From: a candidate division WOR-3 bacterium | GTDB taxonomy: Bacteria > Hydrothermota > Tepidihabitantia > Tepidihabitantales > Tepidihabitantaceae | DNA length: 64,000 nucleotides | Direction of reading: 5' to 3' | Assembly (NCBI GenBank): GCA_965649295.1 | Contig: CBFGKH010000001.1 | Span: 96,001-160,000, forward strand | Shown here: piece by piece, positions 1 through 9,708 of the stretch | How the letters are laid out: each line of letters opens with the position of its first letter | How positions within the stretch are numbered: position 1 is the first letter of the stretch | Notes under the pieces: generated by a model | What the model was told of the DNA's origin: nothing | Database searches by the model: none | The model's input: the letters and a program-made list of their open reading frames with translations, nothing else | Translations under genes and position numbers: made by a program

Positions 1-412
1 CCAGCAGCTCAGCCAGCGCCGGGCCAACCTGCGAGTTACCATCATCGGTAGCAATGGCACCGCAGAATATCAGGTCAAACTGGTGCTCTCGAAAGAACTC
101 AGCCAGGACCCGGGCCAGCGCTATGCCATCAACATGACCCAGATCGGCATCGTCGATTCTAACTGCTGCACCCGCTCCCTTGGCCAGACCCATCCTGAGC
201 ACTTCCTCACTTGCCTTTGGTCCAACTGAGACGAGGGTAACATTGGCACCGAGCTTTTCCTTAGCCAAGAGTGCTTCTTCTAGCGCGTAGTTGTCGGCCT
301 CGTTGATGGTAAACGCCAGCTTGTCCTTGACTATGTCTTTGCCGGTTGGGTCAACCCGAACCTCGGCCTCGGCCGTGTCCGGCACCCGCTTGAGACAGAC
401 CGCAATCTCCAC
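1..412 (-). CDS. etfB: Electron transfer flavoprotein beta subunit (5' part; runs off window start)
   Basis: Own translation from GTG 412 (SD GAGGAGG upstream): MEIAVCLKRVPDTAEA...INEADNYALEEALL...FDLIFCGAIATDDGNSQVGPALAELL, typical EtfB/FixA motifs. Not in the ORF track because it is truncated. Confidence 0.92.
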   Translation of the reverse strand, partial: MEIAVCLKRVPDTAEAEVRVDPTGKDIVKDKLAFTINEADNYALEEALLAKEKLGANVTLVSVGPKASEEVLRMGLAKGAGAAVRIDDADLGHVDGIALARVLAEFFREHQFDLIFCGAIATDDGNSQVGPALAELL

Positions 413-531
413 TACTACCTCCTCACTCGCCGCAGCCGTACCCCAAAGCACGGCTCTTAGCGCTGGTAATCAGGTAAATCAGCAGGTATTGGTTACTAGA
501 CATTAGCAGAACTTGCTCTTTCGGGACGCAT

Positions 532-559
532 ATCGTAGCGCAAAACCCCTGCCGGTCAA
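532..559 (-). promoter_or_regulatory. Putative sigma70 promoter of etfB (TTGACC-N16-TACGAT)
   Basis: Hexamers read directly, about 120 nt upstream of the etfB start. Confidence 0.6.
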
Positions 560-849
560 GCAAGATGGTTCGGCTATCATCAGCCAGACTGTAACTGAGT
601 CCAGCCAACCCATCAATCTGGATCAACCAACTCCTTTCCCAGGGCTCGACTTCGAACCTGAGCCGGCACCTTCCTATCGAGTGGCGTGGTCGCTGGTTGC
701 CGCACCGACAGCAACCATGCCTACCCCGCCGACGCTTAGCAAGTGATGCTTTATCTGAGAGTACGCAGGGCTTGCGCCCGCTGGGCGCCACCACTAGACT
801 ATTCAGTAGTCGAGATACCCTAGCCAGACTGCCACAGGAGGCATTCTTG

Positions 850-3800
850 ATGAAATTGGCCCGCTTGCTTCTTCTCCCCGCATTCGCTCTGGCGGGAACC
901 TTGATTTACACCGCAGAAGTTAATCCGCAAGAGCTTCTGTTCTCGCGCCATGGTGACTACGACTTGGTCCAGCTTGCCAATGGCGTGTTTGTTCCTAGGC
1001 CAGGTTACCCCAGCCTGCCCGAACTGCCGCTCACGCTCGTTGTTCCAGCCGGCGCACTTGTCACCAAGGTCTCTGCCGAACCACTGGCAATCATTGAACT
1101 GGGTAACTACCGTATCATGCCGTCCCAACACGCCCACCCTATATCCAAACCTCCGACTCACTACTTCACTCCGCCCATCCCTGCAATCTACAGGACAGAC
1201 AGACCCTTTCCGGGTACCTACTGTCGTGATTTCACAACCGGCCTTGCCTCCGGATTCCAGTTGGTGAGCATTAGCCTCTGCCCGCTGCAGTACCAGCCGG
1301 CATCAGGCCGTCTTAGTCTCGCCAACAAGTTGCTGGTAACCATCAGCTATGCGGACAATGTCTCAAGAACAACTGTCCTAACCCCTAGTCAGCGTGACAG
1401 GGCACTGATGTCGCTAATACCGCTTGTGGCCAATTCCCGTGACCTGAACCGTTTCGCACCCCAGACACTCGAATGTGATCTTCCCGAGATCAACTATCTC
1501 ATCATCACCAACAACGCACTGGCTCCCCACTGGCAGGAGTTTGCCGACTATCGTTCAGCCCGTGGTCTGCGCGCCGAAATCAGAACCGTTGAGTGGGCGC
1601 AGCGCAGCTACCCTGGCCGTGACGCTCAGGAGTGCGTCCGCAACCTCATCATCGACTACTATCAGCACCGGGGTCTCTCCTACGTCCTGCTGGCTGGCGA
1701 CAATGCCCAAGTTCGCTGCCGCAAGATTCGCCTGAACGTTGAAGACGAGCAGGGTGACATCCCCACCGATCTCTACTACGGTGGGCTCGACTACTCCTGG
1801 GATTCGAACAACAACAATATCTTCGGCGAGATGGCCGATTCAATTGACCTCTATGCCGATGTTCTGGTCGGCCGTGCCTCCGCCGATAACGTCCGTCAGA
1901 TTGAGAACTTCATCCGCAAAGTTGCGATCTACGAAAACAGCCCAGCACCTGACTATCATCGCCGCAGCCTCCTTCCTTCTGGCTGGCTTTGGCGCAGCAT
2001 CGGCTATCATGGCAGTTTTCTCAACGACTCGATTGCCGATTTGACACCAGCTCCCTGGGTTGACCGCAAGCTCGTCAATCCGCGTAACTCGGCGGTTGTT
2101 GCCGAATCACTCGACCACGGCTTTGTCATTTTCGATCCTGCCGGGCACGGCAACGCCAGCGGCGTTTACGACGAGGACGGTACGCCCATCTATCTCGCCA
2201 GCAATGCCGCTTCTCAGCGCAACTATCGCCGTTACGCGATTATGACCTCACTTGCCTGCGACCCCGGCGACTTCGAGGCTGAGGACTGCTGCGCTGAAGC
2301 TGCGCTCAACTGTGACACTGCCGGCTGTATCGGCGTAATGATGAACTCCCGCTACGGCTGGGGCACACCACCAAGCATGGGACCATCTGAGAAGCTATGT
2401 GTCCGTTTCTGGGATTACTACCTCGTACGCAATCACACTGTCATTGGTGCGGCCCACAACCGCTCCCGCGAAGTCTATGCTGGCCAGGCCCGTACTAGTT
2501 CACTCTGGCGCTGGTGTGTCACTGAGTTCAATCTTTTCGGTGACCCAGCGCTCGACATCTGGACCCAGGCGCCAACACCACTCACGATTGAAGCACCGGT
2601 CTCGGTTCCAACCGGCGCTCAGACAGTCGTGGCCACAGTACGTGCCAACGGCTCGCCACTCGCTGACGCCATCGTGACCGCTTGGAAAGCAAACGAGGTA
2701 TTTGCTACCGCCAACACCAATGCCGCTGGTCAGGCCACCCTCCCAGTTCATGCCGTCACCACCGGCAGCATTCTCGTCACAGCCCGAAAACACGACTACC
2801 TTGCTGCCCAAGCCAGTGTTACCGTCACCCCAGGAGCGCCTGAACCGCTGATTCGCTACTCGTGCAGCAGTATTGATGATACCGGTGCCCAGAATCCAAA
2901 CGGAATTCTCGAGCCCGATGAGACCGCTCGCCTGACTCTCACAATCCGCAATGCCGGCACTGGTGCGGCCACGAATACCCGCATCGTGCTGCGACCACTT
3001 ACCGCCGGTGTCACCGCACCAGAATCAGTTGCCTGGTATGGCACTGTTCTAGCTGGTGACTCGGCGGCTGCCTCCAACCTGCTCATCACATGTGGTGGCA
3101 ATGTTCTTCCCGGCGCGATAGTTCAACTGCTGGCGCTGGTCTCAAGCGATCAGAGATACGACGAGTTTATCTTCGGTATCGAAATTGGTTACCCCGGCCG
3201 GGTCGCTGCTGATATTGACACTGGCGACTGCGCGCTGACGGTAACTGCCCGCGGAGCAATCGGCTTCGACCGCACCGGTACTATTACCGGTCTCGGATTC
3301 CGCTATCCCAAGAACGACACTTCTACTCTAAACACCGCCAGCTTCGCCATTAGCAATGGGCCGAACTACGTTGTTGACCGCTTCTACAGCCAAAACGACC
3401 GGCTGGACACTGACTGGACACTTGCCGACTCCGTCCGGCAGCGCTATCCGCTTTGGAGCGCCGATGAGATGCTGACTGCCGCATTCAACGACGCCGGCCA
3501 TGTTGACCCACGGTCAGTCACTGTTGGCCAGCGAGCCCTGGCAGCCCGTGCCGTCCCTGGTGCAGTCGTCCTCGTCTACGATATCACCAACCAGAATGGC
3601 ACCACCCTTGAAAACGCCTATGCCGGCATCCTTGCCGACTTTGACGTCGATGCCCGCGACCGTTTTCACGACGATGCCTGGGTGCGACATGACCTTAGCG
3701 CAGTAATGATGCGCAATATCCTGCGCCCTGACCGCTACTGCGGCATCAAACTCCTGACACCGGTCGCTCCGTTCCACGGCACCTGTCTCGACAACTCAGT

Positions 3801-4308
3801 TTACATCACTTCCGACTCAGGCATGAGCGAAAGCATGAAACACCGCGCCCTGACCGCTGAGATTGGCCTGCCTCAGTCGAATCGGACTTACAACTGGTCG
3901 GTTGCCATCGCGACTGGGCCACTGACCATTCCCCCCGGCTCGACCCAACGCGTTGCCTTCGCTTTTGTCGGGGCGGCCGGCTCGACTGCCTTCGAACAAA
4001 CATGTGCTGCAATTCAGGACTGGTATGATGCCAATGTGGGGATCAAGCAGACACCTACCCTTAGCCATCGCCAATCTGAAATCACGGTTCTACCCAACCC
4101 AACCCGTGGCACTCTACGGATCAACAGCTCGCCCCATATGCACCTGTGCGCTCTGACGCTCTATGATTGCTCCGGTAATCTTGTCCGCAAGCTGGACACG
4201 AGAAGCCTAATGATCGATCTTTCCGACTTACCAACTGGTGCCTACGTCCTCAAGCTCGTGACTGACACTGGTCAGACAAGCACTGTCCGAATAGCCGTTT
4301 TGCGCTAG
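850..4308 (+). CDS. Secreted C25 (gingipain-like) cysteine peptidase with propeptide, Ig-like domains and T9SS-type C-terminal domain
   Basis: Signal peptide MKLARLLLLPAFALA; YVLLAGD, PTDLYY, VGRAS, GHG and SLAC (His-Cys dyad), NSRYGW, FNLFGDPAL; C-terminal PNP...YD.SG.LV...LPTGAYVLKL. ATG 850 follows CAGGAGG. Confidence 0.88.
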   Translation: MKLARLLLLPAFALAGTLIYTAEVNPQELLFSRHGDYDLVQLANGVFVPRPGYPSLPELPLTLVVPAGALVTKVSAEPLAIIELGNYRIMPSQHAHPISKPPTHYFTPPIPAIYRTDRPFPGTYCRDFTTGLASGFQLVSISLCPLQYQPASGRLSLANKLLVTISYADNVSRTTVLTPSQRDRALMSLIPLVANSRDLNRFAPQTLECDLPEINYLIITNNALAPHWQEFADYRSARGLRAEIRTVEWAQRSYPGRDAQECVRNLIIDYYQHRGLSYVLLAGDNAQVRCRKIRLNVEDEQGDIPTDLYYGGLDYSWDSNNNNIFGEMADSIDLYADVLVGRASADNVRQIENFIRKVAIYENSPAPDYHRRSLLPSGWLWRSIGYHGSFLNDSIADLTPAPWVDRKLVNPRNSAVVAESLDHGFVIFDPAGHGNASGVYDEDGTPIYLASNAASQRNYRRYAIMTSLACDPGDFEAEDCCAEAALNCDTAGCIGVMMNSRYGWGTPPSMGPSEKLCVRFWDYYLVRNHTVIGAAHNRSREVYAGQARTSSLWRWCVTEFNLFGDPALDIWTQAPTPLTIEAPVSVPTGAQTVVATVRANGSPLADAIVTAWKANEVFATANTNAAGQATLPVHAVTTGSILVTARKHDYLAAQASVTVTPGAPEPLIRYSCSSIDDTGAQNPNGILEPDETARLTLTIRNAGTGAATNTRIVLRPLTAGVTAPESVAWYGTVLAGDSAAASNLLITCGGNVLPGAIVQLLALVSSDQRYDEFIFGIEIGYPGRVAADIDTGDCALTVTARGAIGFDRTGTITGLGFRYPKNDTSTLNTASFAISNGPNYVVDRFYSQNDRLDTDWTLADSVRQRYPLWSADEMLTAAFNDAGHVDPRSVTVGQRALAARAVPGAVVLVYDITNQNGTTLENAYAGILADFDVDARDRFHDDAWVRHDLSAVMMRNILRPDRYCGIKLLTPVAPFHGTCLDNSVYITSDSGMSESMKHRALTAEIGLPQSNRTYNWSVAIATGPLTIPPGSTQRVAFAFVGAAGSTAFEQTCAAIQDWYDANVGIKQTPTLSHRQSEITVLPNPTRGTLRINSSPHMHLCALTLYDCSGNLVRKLDTRSLMIDLSDLPTGAYVLKLVTDTGQTSTVRIAVLR

Positions 4309-4327
4309 CCGCCTATCACTCATTCTG

Positions 4328-4359
4328 ACCCGGCAGTAAGACCAATCTGCTGCCGGGTC
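4328..4359 (+). terminator. Hairpin after the C25 gene, probable terminator
   Basis: GACCCGGCAG...CTGCCGGGTC 10-bp stem followed by a T-rich run. Confidence 0.55.
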
Positions 4360-4411
4360 TTACCTTCATTGCGAGTGGTGCCGATAGCTGTGCCAGAATT
4401 GCGGAGACAAA

Positions 4412-4439
4412 TTGACAGAAGTGGGTTCACTTCTATAAT
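4412..4439 (+). promoter_or_regulatory. Consensus sigma70 promoter of tRNA-Leu/deoB/cdd (TTGACA-N16-TATAAT) with palindromic spacer
   Basis: Perfect hexamers; AGAAGTG-ggtt-CACTTCT inverted repeat at 4417-4434. Confidence 0.8.
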
Positions 4440-4498
4440 GACTTGTCTAGCAAGCTGGTGGCAGGTAGTTATCAGCCGTCAGTATGCTGGCAAACGAT

Positions 4499-4580
4499 GC
4501 CGAGGTGGTGGAATTGGCAGACACGCTTGGTTGAGGGCCAAGTGCCTAACAGCATGCAGGTTCAAATCCTGTCCTCGGCA
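4499..4580 (+). tRNA. tRNA-Leu (GAG), CCA not encoded
   Basis: GCCGAGG/CCTCGGC acceptor stem, D-loop GGAATTGGCAGAC, anticodon arm CTTGG-TTGAGGG-CCAAG, long variable arm, T-loop TTCAAAT. Confidence 0.96.
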
Positions 4581-4591
4581 TGCCTCTCCTG

Positions 4592-5767
4592 ATGACCAAT
4601 TCCCGTGTCATTGTAATAGTCCTCGACGGTGTCGGTTGTGGGTTTGCGCTCGACGCTGCTCGCTTCGGCGACGAAGGCTCAAACACACTTCAGAACCTAA
4701 GTCTCGCAACCAAGCTCAGCCTCCGGAACTTGACCCGACTCGGTCTTGGCAACATACTGCCGCTGCGTGGCGTGCCGTTCAACGAACGCCATACCGCAGC
4801 AGTAGGAATGATGGCCGCACAATCCTGCGGCAAGGATTCAACCTGCGGCCACTGGGAGCTGGCCGGAGTCATCGTGACCGAACCATTCCCTGTGTTCCCG
4901 AACGGTTTTCCGACCGAGCTACTGCGGCAATTCGAAAAACAGATTGGTCGCCAGACGATCGGCAACTGCGCTGCATCTGGGACCGAGATAATCAACCAGC
5001 TCGGTGATGAGCACGTCCGTACCGGCTCACCGATCGTTTACACCTCGGCCGACAGTGTTTTCCAAATTGCCTGTCACGAGGAAGTAGTGCCACGATCGCT
5101 ACTCTACGATTACTGCGAAACCGCCCGCCGGCTGCTGGACGGCCCCAACCGCGTGGCTCGCGTAATCGCTCGACCTTTTGTAGGCTCCTCTGGAAACTAC
5201 CGTCGAACTGATGGTCGCCGTGATTTCTCCTGTGCAGCGCCCAAACCAACGCTCCTTGACAATGCTAAGAGCGCCGGTCTACCAGTCATCGCCATTGGCA
5301 AGGTTGACGACCTTTTTGCCGGCCGCGGATTCACTCAATCCTATCACTCCGTTCGGAACGACGAATGCATACAACTCATTAGTAAAGCGATGAGACAGAC
5401 AGATAACGGTCTCATCTTTGCCAACCTCGTCCAGTTCGATATGGACTGGGGCCATCGCAACGACGTCGCAGGATTCGCTGCCGGTCTCACCAGGTTCGAT
5501 AGACAACTACCCGCCATCCTTAGCCTGCTCCGCCAAGGAGACCTGCTTTTCATAACGGCTGACCACGGCAACGACCCAACCACCCCATCAACCGATCACT
5601 CGCGCGAGTGCGTGCCGCTCCTTGCACTTGGTCCCGGGCTGCGCGGTGGGCTGAACCTCGGCACAAGACCGACATTCGCTGACCTAGGCCAGACCGCTGC
5701 CGAACATCTCGGCATCTCGCCAACCCCGGATGGTACAAGTTTCCATGGCGAGCTACTTCCCGAGTAA
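4592..5767 (+). CDS. deoB: Phosphopentomutase
   Basis: IVLDGVG, GKDSTCGHWE, YTSADSVFQIA, RVIARPF, WGHRND, TADHGNDP, DHSRE. The alternative ATG at 4580 overlaps the tRNA discriminator base. Confidence 0.95.
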   Translation: MTNSRVIVIVLDGVGCGFALDAARFGDEGSNTLQNLSLATKLSLRNLTRLGLGNILPLRGVPFNERHTAAVGMMAAQSCGKDSTCGHWELAGVIVTEPFPVFPNGFPTELLRQFEKQIGRQTIGNCAASGTEIINQLGDEHVRTGSPIVYTSADSVFQIACHEEVVPRSLLYDYCETARRLLDGPNRVARVIARPFVGSSGNYRRTDGRRDFSCAAPKPTLLDNAKSAGLPVIAIGKVDDLFAGRGFTQSYHSVRNDECIQLISKAMRQTDNGLIFANLVQFDMDWGHRNDVAGFAAGLTRFDRQLPAILSLLRQGDLLFITADHGNDPTTPSTDHSRECVPLLALGPGLRGGLNLGTRPTFADLGQTAAEHLGISPTPDGTSFHGELLPE

Positions 5768-5780
5768 CCGCAGGTGGGAA

Positions 5781-6170
5781 ATGAGCCCTAGCCAGAGACG
5801 GCGGCTGATTGCTGCCGCCCGTCGCGTCGCCACCAATGCCTATGCGCCATACTCCCGTTTCCAGGTTGGCGCAGCAGTGCTCGCAGATGACGGACGCACC
5901 TATTCAGGCACGAACGTCGAGAACAGCTCCTACAGCCTGACCATCTGTGCTGAACGAGCCGCCATCGTCCAAGCTGTGGCTGCTGGCTGTCGTGAGATTA
6001 GGGCAATTGTGGTCTTTGCTCAGACAACGAAACTCACGCCACCCTGTGGCGCCTGCCTGCAGGTAATCCACGAGTTTGGTCAAGACGCACTAGTCATCCT
6101 TACCAACGGTCACGAAGTAGTTGAGTATCGGATTGGCCAACTGCTGCCGCTCGCTTTCCGCTTGAAGTAG
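5781..6170 (+). CDS. cdd: Cytidine deaminase (homotetrameric type)
   Basis: AYAPYSRFQVGAA, NVENSSY, ICAERAA, PCGACLQ. Confidence 0.95.
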   Translation: MSPSQRRRLIAAARRVATNAYAPYSRFQVGAAVLADDGRTYSGTNVENSSYSLTICAERAAIVQAVAAGCREIRAIVVFAQTTKLTPPCGACLQVIHEFGQDALVILTNGHEVVEYRIGQLLPLAFRLK

Positions 6171-6215
6171 CCACGAGACGAACGTTGCCTGGCCTGGCTC
6201 TATGCTTTCGGCCAG

Positions 6216-7466
6216 CTAACCAATTCGTTCGAGCCCAGCCATGTACGGTCGTAGCTTCTCCGGAACGACTATTGAGCCATCAGCCTGCTGATAGTTTTCA
6301 ACAACCGCTATGAAGACTCGCGGTAATGCCAACGCGGAACCGTTCAAGGCGTGCGGGAAATAGGTCTTGCCCGTGACCGTCTTGACGCGGATGTTTCCCC
6401 GACGAGTTTGGTAGTCTTCACAGTTGGATACCGAAGAGACCTCTAGCCAGCGGTCAACTCCCGGGGCCCACGCCTCGAGGTCGTATGTCTTGGCCGACTG
6501 AAATGCGATGTCCCAGGCTGCCAGCCGCTTGACGCGATAGGGAATTCCCAAATCCCGCAGCAGGCTCTCAGCCTCGCCTCGCATCTCCTCTAGCGCCTGA
6601 TACGAATCCTCTGGCCGAACCAGACGGACATTCTCAACTTTGTCAAACTGATGGATGCGAATCATCCCGCGCACATCCTTGCCGTAAGAACCGGCTTCTC
6701 TGCGAAAGCAAGGAGTGTAGGCGGTATACTTGATCGGCAGCCTCGACTCTGGCAGGGTCTCACCTCGGTGGTAGTTCACAAGCTGCGGCTCGGCAGTCGG
6801 CACCAGATAATACTCTTCATCGCGCGTCGCATACATCTCGCTTTCCATGTGCGGAAGCTGACCAGTCGCTTCTAGCGTCTGAGCATTGGCGAGCACCGGC
6901 GGCGCAATCTCGGTGTAACCGTGGCGACGGACGTTAGTGTCGAGAAAGAAGTTGATCAGTGCCCGTTCGAGTAATGCGCCCTGCCCCTTGAAGACAACGA
7001 ACCGTGAACCAGCCAGTCGCACGGCGGCCTCAAGGTCGATAATCTGCAGCGCTGCTCCCAAGTCCCAGTGTGCCAACGGCCTAAAGTCGAAAGTCCGAAT
7101 TGAACCCCACTGGGCAACAATCTCCTCCTCGGTCGTTACTGACGGATGGACAACATTGGGCAGCCCTCGGGCTAGCTCCAGCTGTTCGGCCTCAACTCTA
7201 GCCACCGCGGCATCAAGCTTCTTGACCAGCTCTGCAACTTCTTTAGCCCGTGCCACTTCTGTCGCGCACTCACGTCCTTCCTTTCTCGCACGACCAACGG
7301 CTTCCGAAAGCTGCCGTTGCCTATGCCTGGCCTCGTCGCGTTCACGTGCTAACCGACGTCGCTCAGTATCGAGTGCGACAAGCCGATCAATGTTGGCCGG
7401 CTTGCGTCGCAACTCAAGGATGCGTCGCGCCTCCTCGGGATTCTCACGTATTAGCCGAATGTCCAT
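6216..7466 (-). CDS. serS: Serine--tRNA ligase
   Basis: N-terminal coiled coil; PTAE, CFRREAGSYGKD.RG.IR.HQFDKVE, EVSS.SNCEDYQ.RR, LNGSALA. Confidence 0.97.
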   Translation of the reverse strand: MDIRLIRENPEEARRILELRRKPANIDRLVALDTERRRLARERDEARHRQRQLSEAVGRARKEGRECATEVARAKEVAELVKKLDAAVARVEAEQLELARGLPNVVHPSVTTEEEIVAQWGSIRTFDFRPLAHWDLGAALQIIDLEAAVRLAGSRFVVFKGQGALLERALINFFLDTNVRRHGYTEIAPPVLANAQTLEATGQLPHMESEMYATRDEEYYLVPTAEPQLVNYHRGETLPESRLPIKYTAYTPCFRREAGSYGKDVRGMIRIHQFDKVENVRLVRPEDSYQALEEMRGEAESLLRDLGIPYRVKRLAAWDIAFQSAKTYDLEAWAPGVDRWLEVSSVSNCEDYQTRRGNIRVKTVTGKTYFPHALNGSALALPRVFIAVVENYQQADGSIVVPEKLRPYMAGLERIG

Positions 7467-7497
7467 TGGCGGATTCTACAACTAGTACCGTAGCTGG

Positions 7498-8100
7498 TCA
7501 AACCAGCCGCGTCCGACGTTGCAAATTGGCCTGCTGCGCCGCCTTGGTAAGCACATCGTATTCGATATTCACCCTCTCACCGGCCCGACGGAGTCTCAGA
7601 TTGGTATTCTCCCAGGTCAACGGTATGACGTTGACGCTGAATTCGGCGGACCGGCACTCGGCAATTGTCAAACTGATGCCATCAAGACAGATCGCCCCCC
7701 TGCGCGCTAGCAATTGCTGGTATTCGTGACTGACAGTTACCACTATAGTCCAGTGCCCACCGCGCCTTTGGATACGCCTGATTCGCCCTACGTCATCCAC
7801 GTGTCCTAGGACAAAGTGCCCGCCAACCCGCTCACCGAACTGAAGCGCCCGCTCAAGGTTAACGCGACTACCAATACGAAGTTCACCAAGCGTGGTAATC
7901 CCCAGGGTTGCCGCCACGGCCTCGACAGTGAACGTTCGCCTATCGTTCGCAATCACGCTCAGACAGACGCCATTCACTGCCACACTCTCACCGGTCTTCA
8001 GTCCGCGTGCAAACTCGGCAGCCACCGTAAGCTGCCGATTCTTTCCTTTTACGTCAACCCGTTCGACCCGACCAACTTCTTCAATCAACCCGGTGAACAT
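7498..8100 (-). CDS. ribE: Riboflavin synthase (alpha chain)
   Basis: MFTGLIEE, SVAVNGVCLSV, VNLERAL, GGHFVLGHVD. Confidence 0.95.
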   Translation of the reverse strand: MFTGLIEEVGRVERVDVKGKNRQLTVAAEFARGLKTGESVAVNGVCLSVIANDRRTFTVEAVAATLGITTLGELRIGSRVNLERALQFGERVGGHFVLGHVDDVGRIRRIQRRGGHWTIVVTVSHEYQQLLARRGAICLDGISLTIAECRSAEFSVNVIPLTWENTNLRLRRAGERVNIEYDVLTKAAQQANLQRRTRLV

Positions 8101-9169
8101 AACCCGTGACCAAAAAATCGCTACTAAGACACGTGCGCTCGACCCGCTTCAATATGACCGCATCCGAAAGTGACCGAGGTTTCATCGCTGCACTGAAGGA
8201 CTTGCCCGACCCAAGCATCTTCGGCGACTGAAAAAGATAGACCTTGTCCACCACACCGGCTTCCAGCGCTGAGCCCGCTACTGTGGGGCCGCCTTCCAAC
8301 AATACCGACACAATCTGCCTCTTGTGGAGCTCCGCTAGAATCGCTGGCCAGGACAGTAGTCCGTCGTGTTGGACAGGAACAGCAACCACATCAATCCCGA
8401 CAGCTTGCAAGTGCCGGGCCCGGGCCGTTTCGTTCGACCGAGTGAAGATGAGTATCGGCCCGCTGGCGCGGAACAAACGGAGATCGGTTCTAATCTGAAG
8501 GTCCGAGTCCAGCACAACCCGAAGAAGTCGCTTCCCCGGGATGGTTCGGCAAGTCAGCAGCGGATCATCGGCGAGCACTGTGTTGATACCGACTACAATC
8601 GCATCGGCCGTCTCCCGTAGCCGATGCCCCCACCGTCGCGCTGTCGCCCCAGTAATCCACCGCGAACCTCCCTGCCGATCTGCCATCATCCCGTCCAACG
8701 TAACTGCAGCCTTGAGAACAACAAAAGAGCGGCGTTTGCGCATGAAAGTGAAATAAGCTTCGTTCAATAACCGAGCCTGTTTAACCAGCACTCCAACTCG
8801 CGTCCGGATTCCACTTTCGGCCAGCAACCTGATACCCCTACCGCGGACGCGCGGATTCGGATCAAACGTGGCCGCAACGACCTCGCGAATACCAACTGCC
8901 CGAACTGCGCCGGTACATGCCGGTGTCTTGCCCTGAAAACAGCATGGTTCCATCGTCACATACAACGTCGCGCCTTTGGCCCTTTCCCCTGCGTCGCGGA
9001 TAGCCTCAATCTCAGCATGCGCCCCCCCGAACCGACGGTGCCAGCCGCGGCCAACAACCCGATTGTTTTTAACTAGCACCGCACCGACCAACGGATTCGG
9101 CGACACTAGGCCCCTTCCGCGCTCGGCTAGTCGCAGTGCCTCAGCCATGAACCGTTCAGATTGAACCAT
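8081..9169 (-). CDS. ribD: Bifunctional riboflavin deaminase/reductase
   Basis: SPNPLVGAV, HAE, EPCC..GKTPAC, LLEGGP. Confidence 0.95.
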   Translation of the reverse strand: MVQSERFMAEALRLAERGRGLVSPNPLVGAVLVKNNRVVGRGWHRRFGGAHAEIEAIRDAGERAKGATLYVTMEPCCFQGKTPACTGAVRAVGIREVVAATFDPNPRVRGRGIRLLAESGIRTRVGVLVKQARLLNEAYFTFMRKRRSFVVLKAAVTLDGMMADRQGGSRWITGATARRWGHRLRETADAIVVGINTVLADDPLLTCRTIPGKRLLRVVLDSDLQIRTDLRLFRASGPILIFTRSNETARARHLQAVGIDVVAVPVQHDGLLSWPAILAELHKRQIVSVLLEGGPTVAGSALEAGVVDKVYLFQSPKMLGSGKSFSAAMKPRSLSDAVILKRVERTCLSSDFLVTGYVHRVD

Positions 9170-9233
9170 TGTCAGTTCGAGACTAGTGACCGACGAACTG
9201 CCACGTCACATCCCGGCGTCGGGCTGGCAGTAA

Positions 9234-9515
9234 TCAATCGTAAGCAATTGCAAAGTCGTCGTATTCGTGCGTGTATTCCTCCCACTCAACGGCTACCTGA
9301 GACACAACCGCTGCTGGCGGCCCCTTGTGTAACTTAGCTACAAGCTGTTCAAGCAAACTACGCTCACCCTCAGCAACGACCTCAACTGTGCCATCGGCCC
9401 GGTTACGCACCCGACCACAGAGCCCCAGAGCCTGCGCCTCCCGCAGCACGAACATCCGATAGAAGACTCCCTGGACGCGGCCGCTAACAACTGCGCGCAC
9501 TGCTGCTTTGACCAT
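9234..9515 (-). CDS. acyP: Acylphosphatase
   Basis: VSGRVQGVFYR, GRVRN..DGTVEV, GPPAA. Start ATG 9515 lies 5 nt after a TATTCT -10 box. Confidence 0.93.
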   Translation of the reverse strand: MVKAAVRAVVSGRVQGVFYRMFVLREAQALGLCGRVRNRADGTVEVVAEGERSLLEQLVAKLHKGPPAAVVSQVAVEWEEYTHEYDDFAIAYD

Positions 9516-9587
9516 GAGGTAGAATACGCCTCTCCCCCTTGCAGTCAAGCAACTTTCCCTCTCCTCGACAGCGACTCAATTCACTGG

Positions 9588-9617
9588 TTGACAGTCAGTT
9601 GCCGTGTTCGCTATAAT
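9588..9617 (+). promoter_or_regulatory. Putative promoter of pilB-pilC (TTGACA-N18-TATAAT)
   Basis: Perfect hexamers about 90 nt upstream of SD AGGAGGAGG. Confidence 0.65.
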
Positions 9618-9708
9618 GAATCGTGCGTCGGAGTGTCTTCAATCCTATCACCATACTGACGTGCTGTAGCTATAAGAAGCAGTCCCGCTCTAGGAGGAGG
9701 TGACCCGT

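Noticed and set aside
697..849. N-terminal extensions in the ORF track (also 30020, 45269, 60899, 39173, 15101, 50264, 45577)
   Set aside because: They run through promoters or neighbouring genes; downstream starts fit SD/-10 signals, signal peptides and family N-termini
4499..4600. tRNA as an integration site of a genomic island
   Set aside because: No integrase and no duplicated tRNA 3' end seen; housekeeping genes follow directly
4369..5007. 212-aa ORF overlapping the tRNA
   Set aside because: Shadow frame over the promoter, tRNA-Leu and deoB
9170..9233. FMN riboswitch upstream of ribD
   Set aside because: Only 64 bp and lacks the RFN consensus
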